Shown one piece after another: positions 8,284 to 18,352 of a stretch of 64,000 bases of DNA. Source of the DNA: a virus (Duplodnaviria; Caudoviricetes); the IMG/VR virus record IMGVR_UViG_3300010362_000012, positions 1 through 64,000 of that record, one strand, 5' to 3'. The notes beneath the pieces were generated by a model. It was given only the letters and a program-made list of their open reading frames with translations, did no database searches and was not told where the DNA came from. The first letter of the stretch is position 1; every line of letters starts with the position of its first letter. The translations under genes and the position numbers were made by a program.

Positions 8284-10793
8284 CAGCTCACCGCCTCGTC
8301 GGTCACGTAGACGTTGCCCGCCGAGCCATCACAATCGACATACGCCTCGAGCACACCGTTGTCGGTGACGCTCGCCGACGTGCCGCTCAGTTGCTCCCAC
8401 GTGTTCGCCGCAGCCGCCGCCGTCGCCAGGACCGTATCGCTGGTGATGCCGAGCGCCGGATTCGCGCGGAGCACCAGCCGCGCCGCCGCGCCCGCATAGC
8501 TGCCGTCCTTCCGCACCCACGCACTGAAGGTGACCGTGTTGCCGTTGCCGACCTGGGCGCGCTTCGGTCCCGACTGCAGCTTCAAGCCCGTCGCCGTGGA
8601 CGGCGTCAGCTTCTGACTCGCCGTCGAGGTATGGACGGTGCTGGTGTCGACCGCCACGGTCCCGCGCTTCAGCAGTTGCTTCTGATGCGAGCCGGCGGTC
8701 TGATTCTTTTTTGTCTCGGCGAAATACGAGCCGTCTACGAGGTTCGTGGTGTTGGCGAAGCGCGTCGAGGACGCGATGTTGCAATTCCAAAACGAGAGAC
8801 GAACGAGTCGTTTGACGGAATTGAAGTCGAAGTCGCCCGTAGAATGCGCGACCTTGATCCCGCTCGCCACGCCGAAGGTGCAGGTTTCTAAGCGGATGTC
8901 GATCAGCACGCCCGTCGAGCACAACACGCCGGCCGGCTGGCCGAAGGACGAATCGCCCGCAAAGACCCCGCCTTTGATCAGCATGGCGATTTGATTGCTG
9001 AGCGACAAATAGATCCCCGCCGTGGCGTTCCCGAAGATCAGCGGATTGATCAATTGCAGACCCACGTAGTGGTTCGCGGAGACATTCAACGTAATGCCCG
9101 ACACGCCATTCCGCCAGGCCGTCAGACCCGTGAGCGATTGCCCCCCGTCAATGACGCTGTTCAGGTAAATGCCTTCGTTGTTGGAATGCGCTGTGTTGTT
9201 GTCGAAGGATCCGAGCACGATCGGCGACGTGGAGTCCGTCCAATCGAAGCCGCGCGTCGCAGCCCCCGCGACCGTGTTGCCGGTGATCGTGCCGCGCATA
9301 CTCGCCGACTGAAAGCCGGTGCTCGTGCCCAGGATGATGTTGTTCGTGAAGGACCAATTGGACGTGGTCTGCGCGTTGGCGATGCGAAAGCCAAACGTCG
9401 CCGTCCCGCCATACACGACGTTGTTCGTGATCGTGAAATTGTTCGACGTCGAAATCCCCGAATCCGAATCGAAGGCGGCGTAAATCGGATCCCGGATCGC
9501 ACATCGATTGACCGTCAGCGTGCCGGTCGTCGTGCCGATGGTGACGCTGCCCGTGCTCCGCGTCTGGACGTTGCCCCCACAGTAGCGAAACTCCACCCAC
9601 TCGAGGAGCGTGACCGCGGTTGCCGACGTCCAGAGATACGCCGCGAGACTGGTGGACGTGGATCGAATCTTCACGCTGCGCGTGAGCAGAATGATTTCCG
9701 CCTGGATGCCGTTCGTCGCGGAGCCGTCGTGCGCGTTGGTCAGGCCGCTCGAGATCGAGAGGCTCGAGGCGCCGGCATTGGCGTTGAGCGTCCGCAGCTC
9801 GTACTGCGAGGACGTCCGCTTCGTCGGCGCGATCCCAATCTCGTCGCCGTTGAGCCAGCCGGTGTCGGTCGCGATCGTGAGCGACGTCGCCGCCGCGGCG
9901 GCGTCGGCCGTCAGCAACGTCCGGTCGAAACTCTTGCCCGCGGTGCGCGCTGGATTCCCTTCGCTCGTCCACGTCGCGCCATTCAAGATGAGGATGCCCG
10001 AGTCGGCGCTCGAGGTCGGCGTGAATTCGATCACCGCCGTCGAATCGATCGGGCAGGGCGATCCGGAGCTGTACTGCTGCATGACGCCGCCCGAATGCAC
10101 CACCAGAAAGCCGGACATGCGCAACACGTAGTTCGTGGCCGACGACGTGGCCCAGGTGAGCGTGCCGCGCTTGCCGATCGAGAGCGTGGCGAGAAACGTG
10201 GAGGTACTGACCACGGCGCCGAACGTCGTCGTGGCCGTGTTGTTCATGGTGATGCTGATATTGGTGCCGGTCCCCGCGCCCGTGAACTCCCCGCCAATCA
10301 CCAGCTTGTCGCCAGCCGCCGGCGCCTGCGTCGTCGTCGTCCGCAGCAGCCGCGCCCAGTTCGTGCCGGCCGATACCCACAGACTGACCGCCGTCGTCGT
10401 CGCCGACATCGTGATGCGAATAACGTAGCTATCGGTGCCGTTCGGGGTGTGGGTCGCGCCGAGCTTGAAGAAATACCAGCCGCCGGCATGGTCGCTCGTC
10501 GTGCAGACATCGAGGTCGGCGACGTTGATCGTCACGGTCGCGATGTTGGTCGCCGTCGTGCTGTTGCGAAGGATCATCGAGATCGTGTTCGACGGGGTGC
10601 CCGAGGCGCGCGAGGCAATCTTGATCCCGACCGCGTCGATCGCCACGGCGGCCGGGATGAACGTGTTGGAATCCTGCGTGCCGGTGGACCCGGCCGCCGA
10701 GCTCGCTTCGGAATCGAGCGCGGATGTGGCATCGCAGAGCGCCCAGCTCCCCGCGGTCGTGAAGTTGCCACCGAGACTCGCGAGCGTTGCCAT
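8283..10793 (-). CDS. Tailspike-like receptor-binding protein (G8-like region, right-handed beta-helix, C-terminal CBM-like domain)
   Basis: Repeating ITNNVVYG/FTNNIILG/ITGNTVAG rungs; C-terminal TVTFSAWVRK jelly-roll pattern. Confidence 0.75.
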   Translation of the reverse strand: MATLASLGGNFTTAGSWALCDATSALDSEASSAAGSTGTQDSNTFIPAAVAIDAVGIKIASRASGTPSNTISMILRNSTTATNIATVTINVADLDVCTTSDHAGGWYFFKLGATHTPNGTDSYVIRITMSATTTAVSLWVSAGTNWARLLRTTTTQAPAAGDKLVIGGEFTGAGTGTNISITMNNTATTTFGAVVSTSTFLATLSIGKRGTLTWATSSATNYVLRMSGFLVVHSGGVMQQYSSGSPCPIDSTAVIEFTPTSSADSGILILNGATWTSEGNPARTAGKSFDRTLLTADAAAAATSLTIATDTGWLNGDEIGIAPTKRTSSQYELRTLNANAGASSLSISSGLTNAHDGSATNGIQAEIILLTRSVKIRSTSTSLAAYLWTSATAVTLLEWVEFRYCGGNVQTRSTGSVTIGTTTGTLTVNRCAIRDPIYAAFDSDSGISTSNNFTITNNVVYGGTATFGFRIANAQTTSNWSFTNNIILGTSTGFQSASMRGTITGNTVAGAATRGFDWTDSTSPIVLGSFDNNTAHSNNEGIYLNSVIDGGQSLTGLTAWRNGVSGITLNVSANHYVGLQLINPLIFGNATAGIYLSLSNQIAMLIKGGVFAGDSSFGQPAGVLCSTGVLIDIRLETCTFGVASGIKVAHSTGDFDFNSVKRLVRLSFWNCNIASSTRFANTTNLVDGSYFAETKKNQTAGSHQKQLLKRGTVAVDTSTVHTSTASQKLTPSTATGLKLQSGPKRAQVGNGNTVTFSAWVRKDGSYAGAAARLVLRANPALGITSDTVLATAAAAANTWEQLSGTSASVTDNGVLEAYVDCDGSAGNVYVTDEAVS

Positions 10794-10799
10794 AGTCCT

Positions 10800-12155
10800 C
10801 TACGCGACGAAATCCGCCCAGCCCGCCAGATACTTGCTGATCGACGCGAAGTACTGCATCCGCACCAGATGACTGTGCCCCGACGCGATCGGATAGGTCG
10901 GCGACACGCCGTTGCCCCAGACGACGGTGCCCGGCCAGGTGGGCGTGAACCCGCCGGCGCCACCCTTCAAGAGGATCCCGTAGGTGGCCCCATCTTTCGG
11001 ATTGCTCAACGTGACGGCCGCCGCGCCGGTCATCGTCGCTTCGTGGTTGTTGCTGTCGTTCCAGTTGAAGGTGACGGCCGTCGAGGTATTGCCATCGTCC
11101 TTCGTCGCGCTGTAGATCTGACCGTTTGCTTTGAGGACCGCGCTCGAGTCCGCGGCCGTGCCGAGGCCGACGCGTGCGAACTGCGGGGTGTCGCTGGTCC
11201 CGACGGCTTGCGCGGCGCCGCCATTCGCCGCCGGCAGCACGCCGGTCACGTCGGCCGTGAGGCTGACGGCACTCCATGTCGGATCCCCACTGGCGTTGCC
11301 ATGCAGCACGAGCACGCTGGTGCCGAGCGAGCTCAGCACTTGGATGTCATCCGCCCCGTTGCCGACGACGACCGCGTGATCGGTGAGCGCGCCGACCGTG
11401 TGCGTGACCGTGCCTGACGTCGCCCCGCTCCCTTGACCGACACTCTGAAACAGCACCGGCTGCCCACCAGACAGCGCGCTGCCATGCTCGAGATGCGTGA
11501 CGGGAATCTCGAAATAGGTCGTGTTGTCGATCGGCGCGCCGCTGACGGTGAAGGAGACGTATTGCGTGTGATCGTTTTTGTCCTGGACGTTGATGCGATC
11601 CCCGACCGCGAGCAGCCGCAGGGCATTGAAGACATCGACGCCGCCCGCCGTGACGATTCGCGCCCAGACTTTCGTCACGGCGGTGTACGGCGATCCCGCA
11701 TCGAATCGCAGTTGGTTCGCGCCAGGCGGCGTGCTGGTGGATGCCGAGAACTCGTAGCTGAAGATCGAGGATGGGACCGCCGCGACTTCGTCCTGGACGA
11801 ACGCCGTCGTCGCAATCTGCGTGGTGTCGGTGCCAGCCGCGGCCGTCGGCGCGGTCGGTGTGCCGGTCAGCGCCGGCGAGGCCTTCGGGGCCAGCGATCC
11901 GACGACCACCGTGCTGTCGGCGAGGAGCTTGCCCGTCGTGCCGTTGAAGATCACAATGGCCTGGTCCACCGCACCCGAGGGACCGACCACATCACCAGCG
12001 GCGGCCGCTGAGGAATAGCTCTCCCACGCGCTGCCATTGGACCGCGTGGTGACTTGCGTGTCCGTGGCGAAAAACAATGTGCCGGCCGGCACGGCCGTCG
12101 CCGCCGGTCGCGAGGCGATCACGTCGCGGAGAACGACATCCTGTAAACGACTCAT
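10800..12155 (-). CDS. Tail fibre protein
   Basis: Classic tail-fibre motif APKASPALTGTPTAPTAAAGTDTTQIATTAFV. Confidence 0.8.
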   Translation of the reverse strand: MSRLQDVVLRDVIASRPAATAVPAGTLFFATDTQVTTRSNGSAWESYSSAAAAGDVVGPSGAVDQAIVIFNGTTGKLLADSTVVVGSLAPKASPALTGTPTAPTAAAGTDTTQIATTAFVQDEVAAVPSSIFSYEFSASTSTPPGANQLRFDAGSPYTAVTKVWARIVTAGGVDVFNALRLLAVGDRINVQDKNDHTQYVSFTVSGAPIDNTTYFEIPVTHLEHGSALSGGQPVLFQSVGQGSGATSGTVTHTVGALTDHAVVVGNGADDIQVLSSLGTSVLVLHGNASGDPTWSAVSLTADVTGVLPAANGGAAQAVGTSDTPQFARVGLGTAADSSAVLKANGQIYSATKDDGNTSTAVTFNWNDSNNHEATMTGAAAVTLSNPKDGATYGILLKGGAGGFTPTWPGTVVWGNGVSPTYPIASGHSHLVRMQYFASISKYLAGWADFVA

Positions 12156-12158
12156 GGT

Positions 12159-12458
12159 CTAACTCGTCGTCGGCACGAACGTCATGATCACGTCCCCGTC
12201 GGCGAAGATCAGTTCCGTGCCGACGGGTTCGCCATCCGTCAGCACCGACCAATAGCCCGTCTCGGTTCCGCCGCCATCGCCGCCGCCGCCGCCACCGCCC
12301 GTGCCCGCGGCGAGCAGCGCCGCCACCCGGTTCGCTTCGATGAACAGTGTTTCGAACATCTCATCCGCATTGGCGAATTGCGTCCCGAGCGCGCGGTTGA
12401 CTTCCGGCTTGAGCGCCGTCTGCTGCAGGAAGTTGAGGCGATACTTCTGCGCGATCAT
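12159..12458 (-). CDS. Small tail protein with Gly linker
   Basis: ATGA overlap with nozzle gene; context. Confidence 0.55.
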   Translation of the reverse strand: MIAQKYRLNFLQQTALKPEVNRALGTQFANADEMFETLFIEANRVAALLAAGTGGGGGGGDGGGTETGYWSVLTDGEPVGTELIFADGDVIMTFVPTTS

Positions 12459-14080
12459 CGACGCCCCACTTCGTGCTGATCCGCGATCTCGATCCCAAGC
12501 ACTGACACCGGCTCATCGATCCCGTCGTGCTGCAGGTTCAACTGCGCGAGCGCACCCGTCCCCAGGCGGCGCAACCGCTCGCGGCCTTTCCGCAGGTTGT
12601 GCGCGATGGGCGTTTGCGGCGTCAGCGCGAGGCCGCCCTCCTGATCGAGATACCCCAGACTCGGCGTGATCATCAGCGTGCCGGCCTGCTGCGAGCGGCC
12701 GAGCACCGATAGTTCGCCCCAGTACTGCAGGCGATCCGGTGATGAGCCCGCAAACGCCGGCGTGTCCACGTCGTAGGCGATCCCGTACGCCTGTCCCGCG
12801 AGCGACACATCCGCCGCTCGAGCCGTTGGCGCATAGACGCCGCCATCGCTCGCGCCGACGGTCGGCACTTTGACGTTGCTAGCATTGAGCCGCGTGAACG
12901 CGCTCGTCGCCGTGAACGCGTCGATCCGATGCGGGCCATACCAGACCCTGTTGATCAAATCGAACTCGACGTAGTGCCGTACGCCGGCCGGATCCTTCAG
13001 AAACAACTGATAGACGTTGCGATTCGGATCGATCTGGGCGAACGCGACCGGAAAGGCGCTGCGATCGAAAAAGTCATCCGTCGTGAACCAGGACCGCACG
13101 CGTCCTTGGCCGCCGTGGCCGTCGGAGAGACACACGATGCCGTTGTCGCTCCATTCGTAGACGCCGTCGAACCAGAGGAAATAGACGACGTCGCGATAGA
13201 CGATGACCGACTCCTGGCCGAGGAAACCGGTTTCGTCGGACAGCTTGATCAGCCGCAGATCCGTTTGCCCGCTGGTGTTCTCCTCGCCCGTGCCGACGAT
13301 CTGGTTGAGGCGATTCAGGCGGCCGACGCCGAGCGCCTCACGGCGACTGATGAGGCCCGTGACGCCGAACGTGTCGGAGCCAACGCGCGGCACGACGATC
13401 GTGTTCAGCGGGGACCAGGCATACATGAGGCCCGTCTCGGTGTAGACGACGTTGTCGATGTCGATGTCGCCGACACCGAAGAGGCGATCGCGAAACTCCG
13501 CGATCAACGTCAGCCGCGGCGGCGTGCCGAGCGTCGGCCCGGCGGTTTCGCCGAGGCCCGCATCGGCCAGGTCGTCCTGCACCGTCGTCAGGACGTTGCC
13601 GTTGAGATCCACCCACTGGAAATAGACCGCGCCGTTGGTCGTCGTCCGGTAGCAGCGGCGGGCGTCAATCGGGTCTGGTGATATCTCGAGGTTCGACGCT
13701 TTCAGCATCTGCGAGCTGATCGTGACGGCATTGCCGATCGGGCTGTAGTCGCTTTCGCTGATGATGTTGCCGATGTCGTCGAGCATGACGAAGGTGTAGC
13801 GCACGCGGTACGTGCCACTGAGCGTCCCGCCGGCGACGCCGCTCAGCACAGCCGCGAGCCGCGGCGCGCGAGGCGTCACCGGCCGCACGGTGCCATGGCC
13901 GTCGATCGTGAGCGGGAAGCTCGGCGTGTTGACCAAAATGACGTAGCGCCCATAGACGGCCCAGCGCGGCGGCACGTCCGTCCGCAGCTCGATGCCGCTC
14001 GGCAGCGTCAGCGGCGTCAGCGTGCCGTCGGTCGAAACTAACTGCAGGGTATCGCCTGCTTGAATGACAGCGAATGCCAT
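12455..14080 (-). CDS. Tail nozzle / stabilisation protein (P22 gp10 / T7 gp12-like), lacking the usual N-terminal segment
   Basis: TYRVRYTFV...ESDYSP, RRCYRTT, IAEFRDRLFGVGD, beta-propeller blades. Confidence 0.7.
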   Translation of the reverse strand: MAFAVIQAGDTLQLVSTDGTLTPLTLPSGIELRTDVPPRWAVYGRYVILVNTPSFPLTIDGHGTVRPVTPRAPRLAAVLSGVAGGTLSGTYRVRYTFVMLDDIGNIISESDYSPIGNAVTISSQMLKASNLEISPDPIDARRCYRTTTNGAVYFQWVDLNGNVLTTVQDDLADAGLGETAGPTLGTPPRLTLIAEFRDRLFGVGDIDIDNVVYTETGLMYAWSPLNTIVVPRVGSDTFGVTGLISRREALGVGRLNRLNQIVGTGEENTSGQTDLRLIKLSDETGFLGQESVIVYRDVVYFLWFDGVYEWSDNGIVCLSDGHGGQGRVRSWFTTDDFFDRSAFPVAFAQIDPNRNVYQLFLKDPAGVRHYVEFDLINRVWYGPHRIDAFTATSAFTRLNASNVKVPTVGASDGGVYAPTARAADVSLAGQAYGIAYDVDTPAFAGSSPDRLQYWGELSVLGRSQQAGTLMITPSLGYLDQEGGLALTPQTPIAHNLRKGRERLRRLGTGALAQLNLQHDGIDEPVSVLGIEIADQHEVGRR

Positions 14081-14082
14081 AC

Positions 14083-16419
14083 TCAGAGCACCAGCGTGGC
14101 GACCGCCGGCAGCGCGGTCTTGTCCGTATCGGGCAATTCGATCGTCAGATCGTTCCACAATTCGCCGGCGCCGTCGGGCGTGAGCACACAACGGACAATC
14201 GCGGCGGTCAAATGCGCGCCCCCGCCGACCGCGAATAATTGGTCCTTATCGACGGTGAGCACGATGAAGGGGCGCAGCGTGCCGGCCGCACCACCGTAGC
14301 TGGTGCTCCATGCGGTGCCGTCCCTGGTGACGCGCACGCGCGCGATGGCCGGCGAATCGGCATTCCAGTAGCTCGCAAAGAGCGCGGGGCCGAACGGACT
14401 GAACGCCAGGAACCCGTTGTTCGCCGTGGCGGTGCCGCCGCTGCCGGTGTCCACGACGCTCCACGTCCCGTCCGTCGCACGCGCGCGAATCTGGGCGAAC
14501 GTACCAGCGGGCGCCGTCGTCCCCGCGTAGAGGATGCCGTGCCACGAACAGAGCGCGGCGACATTGAACCCCACGGCGAGTGTCGCGTCCTCCGTCCACG
14601 CGGGATCCGCGAGGTCCGGTCGGATGCGAAAGATTTTGCCGGCGACATCGGTCGCCTGCCGATGCGTACCGCACCAGAGCATCCCGTTGTGCCAGCACAA
14701 CGCATACGGGAGATGCCCGGTCGGGAATGTCGCGCCGATCTGGGTCAGCGTAGCGGTGTTGACGTCGAGCGCAAACACGCGCCCGATCCAATCGGCCGAG
14801 GAGCTGCCGGCGTCAAGCGTCGAGACGTACACCGTCCCATTCGCGACGAGCATCGACAGGACCGCCGTGGGGACCGCGCTCGTGGTCGTCGGCGGCAGCC
14901 GACACAGTTCCCGATCGAAACTGCCGTCGTAGATGCGAAGCGGCGGATAGCTCGTGCCGACGGTGTAATCACTCGCGGCGTACACCATCCGGTTGCGGTA
15001 GACGGTGGCGATCCCCGGCGAGCCACCGAGCATCGCGGTCGAGCCCGTCGCGAAGATCGCCACCTGCGCCCATGTCCGCGGATTCTTCGGACGGCTATCC
15101 ACGATGACCTCGACGGCCCCGCCATACTCCGCGGTGGACATCCACCAGCCATTCGGTCCTGGCACCAGCAGCGGCTCGCGCCGCCAGCGGCGCGGTGGTC
15201 GGCCCGGAATATCGTCTGGTGGTTCAGGACCATAGAACCACCCATAGGGAATGTCGAGGTCGTCCCACCAGCCGTCATAGCTATAGCCGTGCTCGAGCGT
15301 GCCGCGCTGGCCGTCGGGATTCGTGACGACGACGTCGTACACGCCCGCTACCGTTCCACCGGTCGTCGCGGTGATCGTGGTGTCGTCCACGACGATGACA
15401 TCGAAGGCATCCGCGAGGGCGACGAACGTGTTCGGCGGCGTCGGGGGTGTGGTCGTGTCGTCAGCGGGCGTCGTGACGGTGCCGGTCAGGAACACGCTGG
15501 CACCCGTCAGAAACCCGGTGCCAGTGATCGTGACGTCCGTCCCGCCGCCATCGGGACCGTGGTCCGGATCGATGGCCGTCACGGTCGGCGCATCGACATA
15601 GGTGTAGGCGCCGAGCAGTTCGACGGTCTGTCCATCAGGATTCGTGACGACGACATCCACAATACCGGCCGGGTGCAGGCCGGTAATGCCCGTGATCGTG
15701 TCGGAGCTGCAGCCGACCGACGTCAACGGCACGCCACCGAATTCGACATGCACCGTCCCGCCGCCCTCGCACGTCACGCAGGAGAAGCTGCCGGTGAGGA
15801 CGACGTGGGTGCCGCCGCGGGCGGCGCCGCTGGTCGGTGCGATGTCGGTCAGCGTCGGCGCCGGCAACTGATAGGTATAGGCCTCCTGCAGATAGAACGC
15901 GACGTTCGGTTCACTGGTGAGCACCTTGTTGCCGTCGAGGACGGTGACATCAGTCGGGCCGCACGTCTGCGGGTTGGTGACGCAGGTGAGTTCCGAGATG
16001 CTGACCCAGGTATATGGGAGGTTGCCGGGGCCGCCCGCGTGAATCAGATCCGGATCGGTGAGGTCATTGCCCAAGGACCGCAGCACGTTATCGACGTAGA
16101 CGTTGTAGAGATGCCCCGCCGGGAACCATTCGATGCCGGCGCCGCCATCGCTGATCGAGATCGTCAGCGTCGTGCCACCGTCGATCGGCCCTTCTTCTGG
16201 CGTGATCGACAGCGTCGTGTAGACGAACGTGTCGTCCAGCTCGCCACTGGTGCCATCGAGATTCGTGACCACGACATCGGCGAAGCCGTCCGGATGATCG
16301 GGCGGCACACAGGTGATGCGCGTCTGATCGTGGACGACGACAGCCGTCGCGGCGACGCCGTCGAAGGTGACGGTCGCGCCGTCGCCGAAGCCGCTGCCGG
16401 TGATGGTGATCGGATCCAT
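14083..16419 (-). CDS. Protein with four IPT/TIG (Ig-like) domains and a C-terminal beta-propeller
   Basis: Repeats such as P.v..i.P..G...GGT.vtitG.gF and DVVVTNPDG; WHNGMLWCGT/WHGILYAGT blades. Confidence 0.8.
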   Translation of the reverse strand: MDPITITGSGFGDGATVTFDGVAATAVVVHDQTRITCVPPDHPDGFADVVVTNLDGTSGELDDTFVYTTLSITPEEGPIDGGTTLTISISDGGAGIEWFPAGHLYNVYVDNVLRSLGNDLTDPDLIHAGGPGNLPYTWVSISELTCVTNPQTCGPTDVTVLDGNKVLTSEPNVAFYLQEAYTYQLPAPTLTDIAPTSGAARGGTHVVLTGSFSCVTCEGGGTVHVEFGGVPLTSVGCSSDTITGITGLHPAGIVDVVVTNPDGQTVELLGAYTYVDAPTVTAIDPDHGPDGGGTDVTITGTGFLTGASVFLTGTVTTPADDTTTPPTPPNTFVALADAFDVIVVDDTTITATTGGTVAGVYDVVVTNPDGQRGTLEHGYSYDGWWDDLDIPYGWFYGPEPPDDIPGRPPRRWRREPLLVPGPNGWWMSTAEYGGAVEVIVDSRPKNPRTWAQVAIFATGSTAMLGGSPGIATVYRNRMVYAASDYTVGTSYPPLRIYDGSFDRELCRLPPTTTSAVPTAVLSMLVANGTVYVSTLDAGSSSADWIGRVFALDVNTATLTQIGATFPTGHLPYALCWHNGMLWCGTHRQATDVAGKIFRIRPDLADPAWTEDATLAVGFNVAALCSWHGILYAGTTAPAGTFAQIRARATDGTWSVVDTGSGGTATANNGFLAFSPFGPALFASYWNADSPAIARVRVTRDGTAWSTSYGGAAGTLRPFIVLTVDKDQLFAVGGGAHLTAAIVRCVLTPDGAGELWNDLTIELPDTDKTALPAVATLVL

Positions 16420-18080
16420 CAGCCTGACCGTGGACTCACGCCGGTCACGGCGATCGTCGGAGGCTCGACATCGGAGATCCACGGCGGGCCTGGACACTCA
16501 GCCGCGTAGCGGTACCGATTCGAGTAGGGGTTGTAGCACCACATGCCAGGCAGGATGGCCGTGTAATCGATAATCAGCGCGATGTAGTCAATCCCGTAGC
16601 TGTCGCCGATGGTCGAGCCGAAGACGTCTTCGCCGCAGAAGAACGACAGCCCCCCATTCCCATGTCCACCGGCATCGTTATCGGTGAACAGTTCGGCCCG
16701 CTGCCATGGGGCATGGGTGACCGCGTTCTCGGTCAGGAGCAAGCCCGAGACGAGTGCATACGAGGAGGATTGTGGCGTGTGGGTATCGAACGCCGTCGTG
16801 CCGGAACCTGGCCCAGAATCGTTGGAAAAGAACCCCCCGGAGAGAAAGAGTTGCTTGATCGGGTGTCCATTCGTGCCCTTCACATTCGCGACGAACTGCA
16901 CCGAGTTGATGACGGCGTCGAGCGGAATCAGCCCGTCATCCTCGAAATACACCGCCATCCGCATGAACGATCCGAAGCCGGCCGAGGTGTAGGTCTTCGT
17001 GACATCCTTGCCATCGCTCAGGTCATGCAAACAGGTGCCGCCATCGGGTAGCGCCGGCAGCACGACGGTCGGGTCATTGTTCGATTGCGGGCCGCCGCCG
17101 TCGCTGTAGGAGCCGTAGGTACTGAGCGGCGTGCCTTGGAACGTCGGCGCCGTCGCGAAGGCTTTCGTCTTCAGCGCGTGCGTGGATGATCGTGGTGCGG
17201 ATCGCGGTTGCCGCACCGGCATCGCACGCGGCGCGCTGGCTGGCGGCGGTGGCGCCTTCAGGAGCTGCATGGACCGCCGTGGGATCGCACGCACCATCAT
17301 CGTGCCGGTTTCGCCACGACTCGAGCGCGGTTCAACGCCCGTGACGCTGATCGTCGGTGGCGCCACGCCGGAGATGAACGGCGGGCCAGGACACTCCGCG
17401 GCGAAGACGTAGTGGTTGGATGTCGGGTTGAAGCACCACTGCATCGGCACGCCGCCAGCGATAACTTCAAGCGCCGCATAATCGAACTCGACGCTGTTGT
17501 TGAAGTTGGTCGGCAGAATATACAAAATCCACGCGCCATTGCCGTGCTCATCGACATTGCCGTCGCTGAACAAATCCGCGCGGAGCCACGCTGTCCCCGT
17601 GGCCGGATTCACGGTGAGCGGATCTGTCTCGATGTAGGAATACGTCGAATCGATGGCACTCGCGGCCGAGGCCGCGACGTTCGTACCCCCAAGCGAGATG
17701 CTCCCATGTGAATAGAGCTGGAACGGTTGATGCGGACCCAAGAAGTCGAGATTGGCGCCAGCCAATGCCTTGACCCGCACACGCACCGTGACACTGCTGA
17801 TCACGGCGTCAATCGGAATGCTGCCATCGTCCTGCAGATAAAACGTGATGCTGGGGACGTAGCCACCAGGGTTCGAACCGGGCGTGACCGATTGCAGAAT
17901 TGTGGAGCCTTCACCGATCTGACGAAGCCCGACACCTCCATCAGGATTGCTGGCGACCAGGGTGGAAATCGAGCCGGTATCGGGATCGCTGTTATTGGGG
18001 GTATTCACGGCGGCGAGTGTCATCACGTAGAATCCGGGGGCACCCGCCCACGGCAACGACAAGAGCGTATACGTCGCCAT
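16419..18080 (-). CDS. Virion protein with a tandemly duplicated about 270-aa beta-sandwich-like domain
   Basis: Two copies of DDG.IP.DAVI.SV, HGNG, WC.NP.SN.Y..AAECPGPP.IS.V.PPTI.VTGV.PRS. Confidence 0.7.
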   Translation of the reverse strand: MATYTLLSLPWAGAPGFYVMTLAAVNTPNNSDPDTGSISTLVASNPDGGVGLRQIGEGSTILQSVTPGSNPGGYVPSITFYLQDDGSIPIDAVISSVTVRVRVKALAGANLDFLGPHQPFQLYSHGSISLGGTNVAASAASAIDSTYSYIETDPLTVNPATGTAWLRADLFSDGNVDEHGNGAWILYILPTNFNNSVEFDYAALEVIAGGVPMQWCFNPTSNHYVFAAECPGPPFISGVAPPTISVTGVEPRSSRGETGTMMVRAIPRRSMQLLKAPPPPASAPRAMPVRQPRSAPRSSTHALKTKAFATAPTFQGTPLSTYGSYSDGGGPQSNNDPTVVLPALPDGGTCLHDLSDGKDVTKTYTSAGFGSFMRMAVYFEDDGLIPLDAVINSVQFVANVKGTNGHPIKQLFLSGGFFSNDSGPGSGTTAFDTHTPQSSSYALVSGLLLTENAVTHAPWQRAELFTDNDAGGHGNGGLSFFCGEDVFGSTIGDSYGIDYIALIIDYTAILPGMWCYNPYSNRYRYAAECPGPPWISDVEPPTIAVTGVSPRSG

Positions 18081-18349
18081 CAGGACGTCGGCCCGCGGCC
18101 GATCCAGAAGAAGTGTGCGGTCCCGCTCGAGAGGTCCGCGAGCGGCACGCCGACGCCGCCGAGGATCGTCCCTGGGGCCGCGACCGTATTGACCGCCCCA
18201 TAACCAGGGCGATTGATCAAGCCTTCGCCGCTGATCTGATCGGTAATCGCGTTCTGCGCTTTCCGCAGCTCCCGATCATCGAGCGCGAATTCGTCGCTGT
18301 CGGTGTTGACGCCCAGACTGCCGAGGCCGTAGATCTTGCGCGGGGGCAC
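18080..18349 (-). CDS. Stand-alone peptide resembling the N-terminus of nozzle proteins
   Basis: GVNTDSDEFALDDRELRKAQNAI...GLINRPGY; directly after adaptor gene; GTG start. Confidence 0.55.
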   Translation of the reverse strand: MPPRKIYGLGSLGVNTDSDEFALDDRELRKAQNAITDQISGEGLINRPGYGAVNTVAAPGTILGGVGVPLADLSSGTAHFFWIGRGPTS

Positions 18350-18352
18350 GCG

